A DNA stretch of 64,000 bases, the filler included, from Corallochytrium limacisporum Hawaii (taxonomy: Eukaryota; Protista; Pluriformea), in assembly GCA_002811645.1 (NCBI GenBank). It is 10 parts of 10 records of this genome, joined end to end, with 100 filler letters (N's around TTAATTAATTAA, not from the genome) between each part and the next. Parts side by side here need not be neighbours in the genome. Positions count along the whole stretch, not along the records: positions 1 to 19,369 come from PDIP01000064.1; positions 19,470 to 50,711 come from PDIP01000073.1; 8 more parts are not named here. One strand, written 5' to 3'. Shown here piece by piece: positions 11,281 through 22,700 of this stretch. Every line of letters starts with the position of its first letter. The first letter of the stretch is position 1. The notes beneath the pieces were generated by a model that saw only the letters and a list, made by a program, of their open reading frames with translations, searched no databases and had not been told where the DNA came from. A program made the position numbers and the translations under genes.

Positions 11281-13383
11281 ATGATGGAACTGATCAGCGG
11301 GTTCTCAGGGGGTCTATTCGGCACTGCACCTGACGGTAACGAGCTGCAGACCTTGTTCAAATCGCACACTCACTATTTGTCAAGGGTAACAAACGGAGAT
11401 GTATTTATGCAAACTCTGGTCGACCTTGATCGAAATCGATGCAAGTTAAAAACTGGCGGCGAAGACATACCGGACGTCTGCATATATAGTTCATTGATAC
11501 TGGAAACGTACCAGAAAGCACAGACACTGAAATCTGATACCGTCCTAGAGTTTTTAGCTGGGTGTGCTGATGAAGTGGACGATATCGTGACGGCGCATCG
11601 GCTTCTAGAAATGGAGGCACTCGTGACAGTTCTTGCGTCTGAAGAGGGGGTGTACATTACAGTGAGGGCCCAGAGCGAAGGATGTGACGGTCTTGGCCAT
11701 TGTGATGCAGTAGTAGACTACAGCAGGTGGCACATTGGTCACGTAAAGAAGGAGATTGTCCTCACGTGCGAGTCCGGGTGTGAAGGCAACGAAGAGGATG
11801 CACCCGCTACATACCCTTGGTTGAGAACAACCGTAGACAAAAATCGGGAAGCGTTGATGAGGTCTATGCGATCCAAGATGGCTACGGGATCTATTTTAGT
11901 GGCGACTATGACCACAGAGTGGGCCCTAGAAATTGGTACCAGTGCAACGCATTCAATCAACCTTTCGGGTTTCTCACAAAGATCGCTTCTACCACAAGCA
12001 GCAGATGTGTGGCCGTCCGTAGTGAGTTTCCTGGAAAAGCATGCCAGCCCTCTGTTTTCTAGGCATCAGATAACCTCTCACAGTAACAGTGCAAGCGATC
12101 AGAAAACGTCCGGCTGGATTCCTTTAAATATTAATGTTCCAGGCGATATACTGACGTCCCCAAGTATATTTGATCTAGCCTTGCCTGTGTTGCTTCTCAT
12201 GATGGTGGCATGTACCGGACTGTTGATTGCCAATGCCAGAGACTACTTTGGCTATGGCAACATGTTGAATGGTCTCAAACTTTGGATTTTACACTGGGTT
12301 GGTTTGGCCATGGCTACTTGGGTCCTGTGGCCGGCAATAAGTGGACGGGAAAGCGAGTGGTATGGGGCGCTCATGAATATAAACTTCGTCATTAGGGTCT
12401 GGCTTGGAGTGTGGTCTATGTTACCTGTGAGGCCCTATCAAAACAGCTCCCAGGTGATCTCGCTCACTCCCATGGCACGCAGCAGCGGACATCACCCTGA
12501 CTATCTGCTCCCCCATCATCAGACGGTGCTATCTTCAATCTCTTTCGATACAACATTGCGGGTCATTGGGGCAGCATTACTCTTGCAGAAGAGCAACGAG
12601 ACATACCTGGCAGGAACGCTGGCAGTCCAGCCGGTGGCCATCATATGCATGCTTGTGCAACTGTACACGGTAGTTGCAGGTCTCGTGAATATCATCTATT
12701 GGACTCGTAGCCAGGCAGAACGAATGCCTAACGTGACAGGATCGGCGGCACCGTACTGCAGTAGATCTAATGCCTTGATTGCGGGCCTGCGCGACTTTTG
12801 TATCGTTCTTGTAGCCTTTGTTACATGTGTTGAATCGGAAGAGACGTCTCTGGATGCCCTTTTAAATGCTAAGCGTTACGTCTGTCTGGCAATACTCGGT
12901 TACTGTGTGTATGCTTGCACAATTTGCCATCCGCAGGTCGCGTTGGATCGTTGGAACGCGCGGAGGGACATGCCCGAAACTCCAATGCTCAACACCAATG
13001 TCACAAGCACTCCTTTGACTTCGTCTCAAGGAAAGCGCACGGTGCGGAACCATGCAACTCAGTTTAATCTAGACGATGGCCCGGATTTTGCGGAATCATG
13101 TACAGAGCAAGAACTCTGTGATTTGACCCGTTCCGCAAAGCCGCGCTGTGCGGTTTGCTTTGAGGATCTGATTTCGGATGGCGACCCGCAGCCTCTGTGC
13201 GTACCCATTCCACTGGAAGGCTATCGCACCACCAGCATGTCTCCGTACACACGGAGGCCCGCGGATGGAAGCTGTGGCCATGTCATGCACGAGGATTGTC
13301 TTGTACTTTCATTCCGCAACTCTGGACGCTGTCCTATTTGCAAAGCTCCATTCAGTGACCTGCAACGCATCTACATTGGATGA
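11281..13383 (+). CDS. Multi-pass membrane protein with C-terminal RING-H2 finger (putative E3 ligase)
   Basis: 700-aa ORF with about 6-8 hydrophobic helices (aa ~300-550) and CAVC...CGHVMHEDC...CPIC at the C-terminus. Confidence 0.75.
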   Translation: MMELISGFSGGLFGTAPDGNELQTLFKSHTHYLSRVTNGDVFMQTLVDLDRNRCKLKTGGEDIPDVCIYSSLILETYQKAQTLKSDTVLEFLAGCADEVDDIVTAHRLLEMEALVTVLASEEGVYITVRAQSEGCDGLGHCDAVVDYSRWHIGHVKKEIVLTCESGCEGNEEDAPATYPWLRTTVDKNREALMRSMRSKMATGSILVATMTTEWALEIGTSATHSINLSGFSQRSLLPQAADVWPSVVSFLEKHASPLFSRHQITSHSNSASDQKTSGWIPLNINVPGDILTSPSIFDLALPVLLLMMVACTGLLIANARDYFGYGNMLNGLKLWILHWVGLAMATWVLWPAISGRESEWYGALMNINFVIRVWLGVWSMLPVRPYQNSSQVISLTPMARSSGHHPDYLLPHHQTVLSSISFDTTLRVIGAALLLQKSNETYLAGTLAVQPVAIICMLVQLYTVVAGLVNIIYWTRSQAERMPNVTGSAAPYCSRSNALIAGLRDFCIVLVAFVTCVESEETSLDALLNAKRYVCLAILGYCVYACTICHPQVALDRWNARRDMPETPMLNTNVTSTPLTSSQGKRTVRNHATQFNLDDGPDFAESCTEQELCDLTRSAKPRCAVCFEDLISDGDPQPLCVPIPLEGYRTTSMSPYTRRPADGSCGHVMHEDCLVLSFRNSGRCPICKAPFSDLQRIYIG

Positions 13384-13436
13384 CATGAATGCATTAAAAA
13401 CTTGTACTACTAGTATTGACATTGTGCTAGACGTTG

Positions 13437-14468
13437 TCATGTCTGCATAGCATCGGTATGCTGTCCATTCAGTACCAAAACGCGATCAATGATATCGGTC
13501 GCGGGCACGATCGCACCCTTCTCTGTTGACGACGCCGTAATCAACCGACCGAGGCGCTCCTGTGCGGCCTCATTCATGCCTTGGCACTTTTCCTTTAAGA
13601 TCTCGAGCAGCCTCATAGTCCCTTCTTCCTCATGCGAATGATTGAGACCTTTAGTCACTCCCTTCTTTCCCATGAGGACCGGAACGATCAAAGGCTCTGC
13701 AGCTGACCCCAGGCTTTCATTGCCCTTTTCCTTATCCCAGGCCAGCATCAAAGCCGCGACACCAAGTTGGGAGGGCGTAAGGATCAACGGTGCGTCTGTC
13801 AGCAGTAACCGACGCATTGTCCTTGATGCTTCTTTCATCAGCGCTGGCATGACCTTCTTCAACTGGTTTTCGCTCAAGTCATGTCCGGTCTGCTCCCGTA
13901 ACTGGGCCACGATCTCGACCTCGAGGCCAGTCAGAACGCGAAATGGACTGTGGACTGCAAGGTCATAGTTGATGGAGTCCAGAAACTCGACTTCAAACCC
14001 AACCACCGCCTCCCCAACAATCTTGGCATCTCTTTGACCGGTAATCTTGCACGAGTCTGGGTAGACCACGGCTGCTGAATTGATGCGGAGTGCCAGATTC
14101 ATGAAGTCTGAAGCCCGAAAGAACACACCGTCTGCCTTCGTTGCAGCAAACGCCGCATTGATTAGGAGCACACCCGGCGTCACCCCTTTAGGGAGATCAT
14201 TGAAAGATCGATGCAGAAGATACCGTTTGAGAAAGCTATGTGCTGTCGCCCATACCTTGGGCGGTACCCGACTTGCACTCATGATCTCCTGAAGTGATAG
14301 CTCCAGAGCAACCTGCACGTCTAGCTCTTCCTCGATGGAAAGGGCACCATCTCTACCCTTGGCACCTTCTTCATTAGCTTTCGTACGCAGGTCATTTATC
14401 GTGGCTTCACCATCCTTGAATATGGGGAAGAACCACCTCTGACCCTGTGTGGATATGGCAAACGCCAT
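13437..14468 (-). CDS. CCNH: Cyclin H (CAK/TFIIH cyclin)
   Basis: N-terminal FAISTQGQRWFF, TAHSFLKRYLL, FAATKAD, EVEFLDSINYDLAVHSPFRVL, LLTDAPLILTPSQLGVAAL. Confidence 0.85.
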   Translation of the reverse strand: MAFAISTQGQRWFFPIFKDGEATINDLRTKANEEGAKGRDGALSIEEELDVQVALELSLQEIMSASRVPPKVWATAHSFLKRYLLHRSFNDLPKGVTPGVLLINAAFAATKADGVFFRASDFMNLALRINSAAVVYPDSCKITGQRDAKIVGEAVVGFEVEFLDSINYDLAVHSPFRVLTGLEVEIVAQLREQTGHDLSENQLKKVMPALMKEASRTMRRLLLTDAPLILTPSQLGVAALMLAWDKEKGNESLGSAAEPLIVPVLMGKKGVTKGLNHSHEEEGTMRLLEILKEKCQGMNEAAQERLGRLITASSTEKGAIVPATDIIDRVLVLNGQHTDAMQT

Positions 14469-14972
14469 TTTTGTTTTCCTGTAACTGTTTCTCCTAAGAT
14501 CGCGCTGGTACCTCCGTTACATATCGAAATTGCTTTCCATGAAATTCAGTTCAACTTCTCTTTCTGATTGCTTGTGCCCCACGATTGTGATCTGTCCTCA
14601 CTGCTATGCTTAACTTAATAGCTGCTGCTCGTTATTCCCATTCGCAAAGTGCTCAGGATCTGAGACCACCCGCCAGTGCTCCACAAAAGAGGGCAGGCAA
14701 ACACACCCAGGGGCCAGAATTCGGGAACCGGAGGGAGGGGGGAGGTAAGAAATGTCAGATGGAAGGCCTTGCAGCGGAAGGACGCTGCCCCCTTGCTCGT
14801 TCACCGCGAACAGGATCGCACATGAAGAACGGCAAGAAAACTCATTTCAACGCAAAAGATAGCATTCAAACGGTGAAAACAGATTCCTAGCGCGTGTGCA
14901 AGTAAATTCTCGAACCATCTTGAATTCTATTGTACTTGTATTGGTTGCAATTGCAGTTTGGGTCACTCTCCT

Positions 14973-17900
14973 TCACATCATGGCGTCTCCGTTGACATTA
15001 TTCACGAGTACACGCGGACTCGGCGCGATCTCTGGTGCACGCATAAAGTTGTTAATGTCCCTGCGGAAGATAGTGAGGTGCTGAGTGAACTTGTCACGGT
15101 TCTTGGCGGCAAGGCTGTTGTCAATGTCGTGCATTAGAGCATCGAAACACTTGCGCATTTGGGGCTGACGGTCCTGTGGTTGGTTGCCGATAATGGACTC
15201 ACTGAGGCTCTTGTAGTAGTCGGGATTGAGCAGAATAAGACCTAGCAAGGGCCGGCTAACAGACCATTGATTTGGACAGCTCTCAAAGATCGTATTGAGC
15301 AGGTAGTTCAAGGTGCGGGGAATGATGTCATTGTACTCGTTCATGCGCTGCATGAGGGCCATGCCATCATCGGTTTGCTTACCCTTCTGCATGGTCTTAA
15401 AGTGGAAGGTCACGATGTTGTCCAGGGCGAGGCAGCAATTGGATGAGATGCCTGTATCTACACTCTTGATGCCCTCAGAAACGCTCATCAGCACGTACCG
15501 GAACATTTCCTGGTTCAAGTTGAGAATAAAGCTCAGGTGATCCGTGGTGAAGATCTCAAGCAGGCTGAAATAGCTCTTGGTCAATTTCGGGTACTGCAGA
15601 AGATCAGTAACTGGCACGCAGCACAAGAGCTTGATGAACATGTTCAGCGTGTTATCTAGTGCTGGATCATTGTACAGTTTGAAGACACCAAAGTTGACGT
15701 AGTGACCACACAGAGAGTAGCGGAGAATGTTGAAGACCACGGCAATGCCCTTGTACTTGCGGCTATACAACTCACTCGCACCGATCGGGGGACCTTGACT
15801 CAGGCGCACAATCTCTTCACCGTAAGCGCATATGATCTTCGATGTTTCCCGAAAGAGCAAAATCCCATTCGGAGAGCTAATGTCAAACTCCAGACGTTGG
15901 CTGCGGTTGTGAACCAGTTCAGCAGTGAACTTTAGGAATGGATCAGCCACAGTTGGCGTGCCGGCAAAGTCACCGAAGCACTTTGTCATTGGCTCCATGT
16001 GGTTGGGATAGAACCAATCAAAGAACGACATGTAGGAAGCTTTCTTTGTACAGGCAGCAACAATACCACGGAAATCACGGCACAGTCCCACTATGGTCGA
16101 TTGGACACGGCTGACATCGGCCTGCGGGCTCACGCGTCCTTCAGGCGTCATCTGCGTCCGCAACCACTCGACGACCTGCTTGAAAGGATCCATGAAGCGT
16201 TCAAACTTGTCATCTTCGTCCTGGTTTTCCACAAAGAGCAGACGTCCCAAGGCGGTGTAGAAGGTCGTACGATGACGTGTGTTGTTTAGGGACTCCAGGA
16301 ACGGGAATTCGTGGTGATTCTGCAAAATCATGTTGCTCAGATCCAGCTTTCGCAACATGCGCACCGTGGAGTATCCTTGGCATAGATCGCCAAGGAGTTT
16401 CAGACTCTGAGACACCACGCTTTCATTGGACGCCCAATAGCGCAGATTGGCCACTATCTTGGTAAGGAAGACATTGAGCACCTGGCTCTGGTCCTGCACA
16501 CCAAATCGGTCCGACAGTCGCTGGTATACTTTGGACGACTTCTGAACATGATCACCAACGTAGGTCTGCCTGAATTCTTGGAAGAAATGCAGGATACTTA
16601 GTTCCATATGCACACTGCCGGCCTGCGTTCCCTCCAAACGTGCATCAGCAAATTTCATCAGCTGCATGACCCGCGTGGCCAGTTCACCGTCCATCATATC
16701 ATGCTCATCCACACTTTGGAGGTTTATTCTGCCTCCTAGCATGGCACCGATAAAGTATACCATCCATGTTAACTGTCCCTCTAGGATAGCCACTCGCTGT
16801 TCCAAGGCCTGGTCTCCTTGTGATGTTGCCAACCGCTGTGCCAGCTCCTGAAACTCGTTGTACGTCGGATCGAAGGCACTGATCATTAGCTCACAGGTCT
16901 GTGCGTATTGACAGCGGGCAATCACGGCAATCTGGTCGAGCAAGGTGCTCATTTGGTCCGGATCTTCCAACAAATCGTCTCCGCCGTTGTTGCGTAAATT
17001 GTACTCTACCTGACCAATACGGGCCATTATAAAAGCCTTTGTCACCTCAGGCGTGTACTTTTCCAAGTAAGATGGATTCGTGCTGCGTGCGTAAGGCATG
17101 GACGCCACTAGACGCTGCCACAGGTTTAGCAGGTAGTGTACCGAGCTTGGTGCCCACTGGTAGCTCTCCACGCTCTGCACCGTGAACTTCGTGATCATTT
17201 CTATGAGTTCTGAATAATTCTCGGTGCTTACAAGTTCATTCAATTGGAAATTGATCTTGAGTTTGCTTAAAAGCCTACAGAATTCGTGGTAGTTTCCCAT
17301 GTCACCCAAGCTCTGTCCACTGCGAAGGACCTCTCGGCAATTATCGGTGAGCACCTTCAGGTATTGCACACGCTCACGGTCATTAAACAGGGACCGACGC
17401 ACACTAGCCAGTTGCACCAACGTTTCCATGGCTTTCGAGGAAATCGGAGGCGGAGCCTGTCGGAAAATATCAAAGAACAGAGATAAGACCTTGCCTTCCT
17501 GCAAACGGCTTCTCCAAGTGCTCGGTAGCTGTACCGTGCCAATATCTTCCGCGCTCTCATCGGGCGACGTACCGATAAAGTCAAAGCACAGACAACGCAA
17601 GGACAGGAACACCAGGGCTTGCAGGAGCTTGAACTGGCTGCTTTCCACATTTATCTGACCTTGGAACATTTGCGGACTCAGGAAGTTTGGCAGCGGATGG
17701 TTGCTGAGATTGAGGGACTGGCCATACATCGCATGGGCCAAAAGGTCCAAACAGCTTTCAAAGATACGCAGTAGGCAACCATCTCTGAAACTTGTGGCGA
17801 TCTTGCGGTGCCGGGTTAGCGACTTAATCGGGTCACCCTGGTTCATTTCATCGACCAATTGCGCCTCCAGTTGAATTCCTATAACTGCATGCTCAATACT

Positions 17901-18365
17901 AGCCATAAAGAATGTCTGCAGGTCGTCTACAATGGACTGCATCACCCAGGTTTGGGCTGCAGTGTCGCTTGAGGCACGCGGTGTCTCCGAAGTTCCCGCT
18001 GCGGAGTCGAACCACCCAAGCTTTGTAATGCGACATGTCAACGATGTCAAATGCTGCACTGTGTACCGAGGCCAGTCGGGTTTGTTATACAACCTGTTCA
18101 GCGTGGCATTCCGCAGGTTGAGACGCTCCGCCGGACTAATGTTCGCGAAGTTGTTGGTGACCAGTTTGGTCAGGCTGTTGGCAACCACCACCAAACAGTA
18201 CGGACTGTTGCTTTGTTCGAGAATGGAGTGCAACTTCAACAAATTCTGAATATTGTCAGTGAATTCAAGAACCGTCGACTCTGCTTGCTTCTGCGATGCT
18301 GGATCCGGAGCTGTGTACATTTGTTGACACAGCTCTTCGAACTGCTGCATCATTTGGTTATTCAT
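14973..18365 (-). CDS. XPO7: Exportin-7 / RanBP16
   Basis: RITKLGWFD, HRKIATSFRD, LCFDFIGTSPDES, LASVRRSLF, NYHEFCRLL, SSPNGILLFRE, YVNFGVFKLYND, NQWSVSRPLLGLI, KNRDKFTQ. Intronless 1130 aa. Confidence 0.95.
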   Translation of the reverse strand: MNNQMMQQFEELCQQMYTAPDPASQKQAESTVLEFTDNIQNLLKLHSILEQSNSPYCLVVVANSLTKLVTNNFANISPAERLNLRNATLNRLYNKPDWPRYTVQHLTSLTCRITKLGWFDSAAGTSETPRASSDTAAQTWVMQSIVDDLQTFFMASIEHAVIGIQLEAQLVDEMNQGDPIKSLTRHRKIATSFRDGCLLRIFESCLDLLAHAMYGQSLNLSNHPLPNFLSPQMFQGQINVESSQFKLLQALVFLSLRCLCFDFIGTSPDESAEDIGTVQLPSTWRSRLQEGKVLSLFFDIFRQAPPPISSKAMETLVQLASVRRSLFNDRERVQYLKVLTDNCREVLRSGQSLGDMGNYHEFCRLLSKLKINFQLNELVSTENYSELIEMITKFTVQSVESYQWAPSSVHYLLNLWQRLVASMPYARSTNPSYLEKYTPEVTKAFIMARIGQVEYNLRNNGGDDLLEDPDQMSTLLDQIAVIARCQYAQTCELMISAFDPTYNEFQELAQRLATSQGDQALEQRVAILEGQLTWMVYFIGAMLGGRINLQSVDEHDMMDGELATRVMQLMKFADARLEGTQAGSVHMELSILHFFQEFRQTYVGDHVQKSSKVYQRLSDRFGVQDQSQVLNVFLTKIVANLRYWASNESVVSQSLKLLGDLCQGYSTVRMLRKLDLSNMILQNHHEFPFLESLNNTRHRTTFYTALGRLLFVENQDEDDKFERFMDPFKQVVEWLRTQMTPEGRVSPQADVSRVQSTIVGLCRDFRGIVAACTKKASYMSFFDWFYPNHMEPMTKCFGDFAGTPTVADPFLKFTAELVHNRSQRLEFDISSPNGILLFRETSKIICAYGEEIVRLSQGPPIGASELYSRKYKGIAVVFNILRYSLCGHYVNFGVFKLYNDPALDNTLNMFIKLLCCVPVTDLLQYPKLTKSYFSLLEIFTTDHLSFILNLNQEMFRYVLMSVSEGIKSVDTGISSNCCLALDNIVTFHFKTMQKGKQTDDGMALMQRMNEYNDIIPRTLNYLLNTIFESCPNQWSVSRPLLGLILLNPDYYKSLSESIIGNQPQDRQPQMRKCFDALMHDIDNSLAAKNRDKFTQHLTIFRRDINNFMRAPEIAPSPRVLVNNVNGDAMM

Positions 18366-19240
18366 TTTGTTCTTTATTCACAGACCGCTTCTCACAACAC
18401 CTTCTTCGTTTGCGATTCTCGCTGATACAATTCTGTGACTACTCGTTGTACTGTTTTACCGAACATTCATCATTTTCCAGTCATTGTGTGCTACTCCGAT
18501 AGATTCTCGGTACATGGCTGTGTTTGGACATAGTCTGCATACATGTTCAATGACAGCTCATATAGCTCTATCGACATGGAAGCATAATCAGCAGCGCTTG
18601 ACTGTGTCGAGAAGTCTAGAGTGATAACCCTAGAGTGCCACGGTACCGCTAAGGCTAATGCACTTACAATACATGATCCACGCTATCGATCTGTTTCCCA
18701 ACAGTGTCACCCATAGTCGACACTCTCGGTCAGGCAGTCCTTTCTCTACATAGTGGATCCTTATCTGCGCTCTGTGTAGTATTTACTTTCATTGCGCTTG
18801 AGAGGGTTGCCTTGTCGTCATCACGGTCCGCTTACTTTCTTCGTAAAAGACGTTGAATGTTTCCCCAGCGCAAGGCCCAGAGTATAGTTTCGCGCGGATT
18901 TGATCCTCGGCAAAACAGTCCCAGCTCTGTGATTTCTCAGAAGAAACAAAGAAAACAATAACGAAAAACATGCTCCCTCGCAGCTCAATCCTTCACCACC
19001 GGGCCGAACAAATTCTATCACGACGCTGTGTACAATTTCCGGCGCCAATCAGTTGGCTGCCTGCAGTTTCCTGAGCACTAAGGCCTCGCTGTCTGAAGCG
19101 CTCGTTCTTGTGGCTAAAGGCTGACGGGGCGCATTGGGACGCGTGGTGCGACGGAGCTGGTGCAAGTGCTTCTGCAGTTCCCTCTTTTTCTTTCCGGGAA
19201 AATAGACTCCCATTTACCTCTGTAACGTTTGTTGCACGTA

Positions 19241-19369
19241 CCACCCTCTGTCTGAGAATATTGTATCAAATCTACTCATTTTGATTTAGCTCTGCCGTCG
19301 CTTGGGAGAGCGGGAAAATTTTGACAGATTCGAACTCAGCACCCTCGAATGTATAACTGTGCCAATCTT
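19241..19369 (+). mobile_element. Terminus (type L1) of mariner-like transposon
   Basis: GTA|CCACCCTCTGTCTGAGAATATTGTATCAAATC..., about 97% identical to 61619-61697. Runs into the contig end. Confidence 0.8.
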
Positions 19370-19469
19370 NNNNNNNNNNNNNNNNNNNNNNNNNNNNNNN
19401 NNNNNNNNNNNNNTTAATTAATTAANNNNNNNNNNNNNNNNNNNNNNNNNNNNNNNNNNNNNNNNNNNN
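19370..19469. other. Artificial contig spacer (44N-TTAATTAATTAA-44N)
   Basis: Six-frame-stop linker. The same spacer occurs at 50712-50811, 51997-52096, 55928-56027, 57869-57968, 58997-59096, 60343-60442, 61698-61797 and 62874-62973. Plain N gaps at 23714-23777, 25174-25359 and 33818-34026 abut poly-G/C runs. Confidence 0.97.
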
Positions 19470-19714
19470 AAAAAAATTTTTCGACGACTACGAGATCTTC
19501 GATGTCAAGTTAATGTGAAAAGGCTCAATTTTTTGAAGTACACTTAAGTGTTTATTCAATCCGTAAACGAAATATTTGAAATTGATTTGGTGTATAATGA
19601 TATTTAATAATAATGATAATAATCAAAATATATATTACTCAATCATGATTAAAAAGAGTGATCGGGGTTCTCGTTTTCGTGCGATTTGTATCATACTTAG
19701 GAGACAGAGGGTGG
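19470..19714 (+). mobile_element. Right end (type R') of mariner-like transposon including the last codons of an ORF
   Basis: Ends ...GAGACAGAGGGTGG|TAC. Collinear but diverged relative to 56028-56266. Begins with KKFFDDYEIFDVKLM*. Confidence 0.75.
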
Positions 19715-22700
19715 TACATTGGGGTTGAAACATTCGCATGGGCGAGGACCCAAGGCGACACAGACAGCACAGCGCCCTTGTTTCTGTGGGCTATGCGAAG
19801 GTGTCTAGCATTGAAGCTGTAGAATTGTAGAGAGGAGCGAGCCAGAAGATTTGAGGGAGCGATCAGTCCCGCATGTCGCGATTTACACTACCACGTATTG
19901 CTCGTCATCATCCAACACGCTCCCATTCGTCTCTTTTTGGTATTGTTTATGTCCCCAAACGGCGGCCATTGACATCGGTTTGACTGCCCGGCGATTGTCT
20001 GCTTGCTCCGTCTTTAATCCCACTCGCTTCGGTTAGTAAGGACCCCAAGGGTATCAGACAGTGTTGCGTGCGGAGATCTTGGCCCTGTTCTCGTCGGTGC
20101 CCTTTTCGCCGCTTTGAACGCTGACTGTATCCGTCCGCTGGTCGCTGGTCCCCATGGTAGGGGTACGTCCTTATCGTCCACCATCGGCCAGTCCTGTTTG
20201 ATTGTGTGGGTTTTTTGAAGCCAAGATAGATGTCACTACAGCTATTCGTACATGGCGGTAGAGTATTCAGGTCATTGAAGGCAAAACCGGGACACTGATG
20301 GACGGCAACAAACACTGTGCAAGTTCCACAGAGACACTCCCTGTGGGAATGGGGACTGTATGAAGACTGACGAGATCGCGGGTCACCTCTTGGGTGCGTG
20401 AGGCAGACGGATGATGAATCCAGGGAACGTCAAACACGGGGGTCACGACGAGGTTTGTTTTCAAAATTTTGACCAGTGATTGGGTTTACGGGACGGGTAC
20501 CACTACCAGGTCAGACTTTGGTGGTTCCCTTGTCCCCATTGCCTGGAGGCGTGTTCAAATTGTATATCTATTGTCACACTTTATCAATTGTTGTTCAATG
20601 GCGGGAACCACAACCACCCTCGAAGAACAGAGATTTGACTGATACCAACCCCCAAGTCCTGACTTGCGTCGCGCTGGTTATGAAGATTTCGCTCCAAGAG
20701 CCGCCATAGCCGCCATCATCACTAACCTCGTCGGTTGCAACGGCCGGAGATCGCGCAATAGCGAAATCCGTTGATCTATTACAATTCAATTTACCCATTA
20801 GAATCCCACATCAGTGGTCAGAGGCTCTGGATTTCACGTTCTGTGCTTAGCGAAGGCACCGACCAGTGTGAATGCTCACAGGGGGTCCTCATTCCATCGC
20901 GTGTCCGTCGTTGTGAGCGGGTCTCCACTCGGCGGGACAAACCCCAACCCTCTCACCCCCCTCCCTTCCCCGTGGCCGTAAATTTCCCCACACTGGCGTG
21001 CCGGCGTGTAGTACAATCATTAAGGAAAATTGTAAATCTCTACCGGGGACCGTCCTTTCCCGCCCGGTTCCGCCTGGGTTTTGTTTTATCGCTGTGTGTG
21101 TGTGTGTTTTTTTTTGTGTTCCCAAGTTGAGGGCGAAAATGAGAGATGGGGCTAGCCTTTTTTCTTTATCCATCTGCCGCTTTGGTCTTGCATCATCTCC
21201 TAGCCTTTGCTCTTGCTCGTCTTCCTTCTTAGGTCCATAATACTACTACTACCAGGGAACTTATATTAATGCTGTTAGAGAGACTGTCAACCGCACTCTT
21301 TAATACTGGAACAACAGATTCGGACCACCAGCGGGGAAGGGGGCGCCACCGTCCGTGGCCGTCAGCCCGCCCTGCTGGCACCCAGGACAGACAGATCACG
21401 GATAAGCCCGTGAAAGGGGAAGCAATTTGTTCCCATACCCACTACTGACATGGCGAACCCCAACGGAACTTATAAATCTGCGCGACGGGTGAGTTGGAGC
21501 TTCCATGGCCAAAAACGGCCAAAATGGTGCGATTAGGATGTTTAGTGTGGGACAAACAATGATTTTTCAATACTGAAAGTAGTGCATAGCGATCCATCTT
21601 TGATTGAAACATTTCTTCACTCACGACCAGTGAGGTGTAGAGTAGAGCTCGACAAAAGGACATTGACGTCAACCGTGGAGTGCGTATTGAATGTACCGAA
21701 AATGTCAAGTGTCAGCTAAGTAAGACCTACACAGTCAACAGCAAGAAAAAAGTCAGCGGACGCAGTGGTAATTAAACCCCTTCTCGACGAAGTACTTTCA
21801 ATATATAAAATGGATCCTATATTTACGTCCTACGTCAGAAACTTGTAGCGGTACAAAAATTTTTACTTCGGGGCCTACTCATGATCATGTGGGCCAGTGA
21901 GGCGTGAATCTCCGTCACAGATTAAGTACGGGAATGTATATTATTTTGGATTTCAATGCGATAATTTCTGGCCCGTAACCTCGTCTCCTTGCGGTTCATT
22001 CTCTGCTCCGCCCTCGGCTGTTGGTCTCTGTCGCCCAACCATAGCCCCGGAGGAGGACGTGAAAAATTTCTTCAGCTCATACTCTCTTCATTTCACACAC
22101 TCCGCATGTAGAACTGTAGTATATTTACTATTGAAACTTGCCCATTCAGGAAAAATTAAGAAGGCAGGACCGCGGCCGTGCGCGGGTTGCCATATGGTCT
22201 CCGGGGCACATGTACTGGAGAGTCCATTTGCGTCCATCTACTTTGCTGTTAGATCCTTCTTCACACACTGAGCATGGCTGTTCTCTGCCCAACAGCACAC
22301 GCGGCATGCTGGCTTGCACAGTTTGCACTCCCCTGTAGTAATGTATATACGTGTAGCATGCTCCATTTCCGTGGAAAATTGGGCTGCCATGTGGCTACCA
22401 GTTAAATTCATACGCGATGGAGTTTCAACGATTGGTCGTATCTTGTACAAGTGTACTTTGTGCACGACACTTGCTGGGGTATGTGAGCACAGAATCCTCC
22501 TACACAATCTCCGCGTCGTGTCCCCGACTGTGAGGAATGGCCGAGTGGATGTGGCGCCTAGTGGCTTTGAAGTGTGTGGTATGTAGGTAGATGGGAAAAA
22601 CTACGTTGTCATCTTCTGCAGCATACCCATCCCACGGGACTGTAGCGTCAAAACGTACAGTCACAGTACCAATAATCGAAATCATAGGCATCCAGGGTCA

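Noticed and set aside
19414-19425. Repeated TTAATTAATTAA as a biological repeat or CRISPR-like array
   Set aside because: Always centred in exactly 44+44 Ns, so it is an artificial six-frame-stop spacer.
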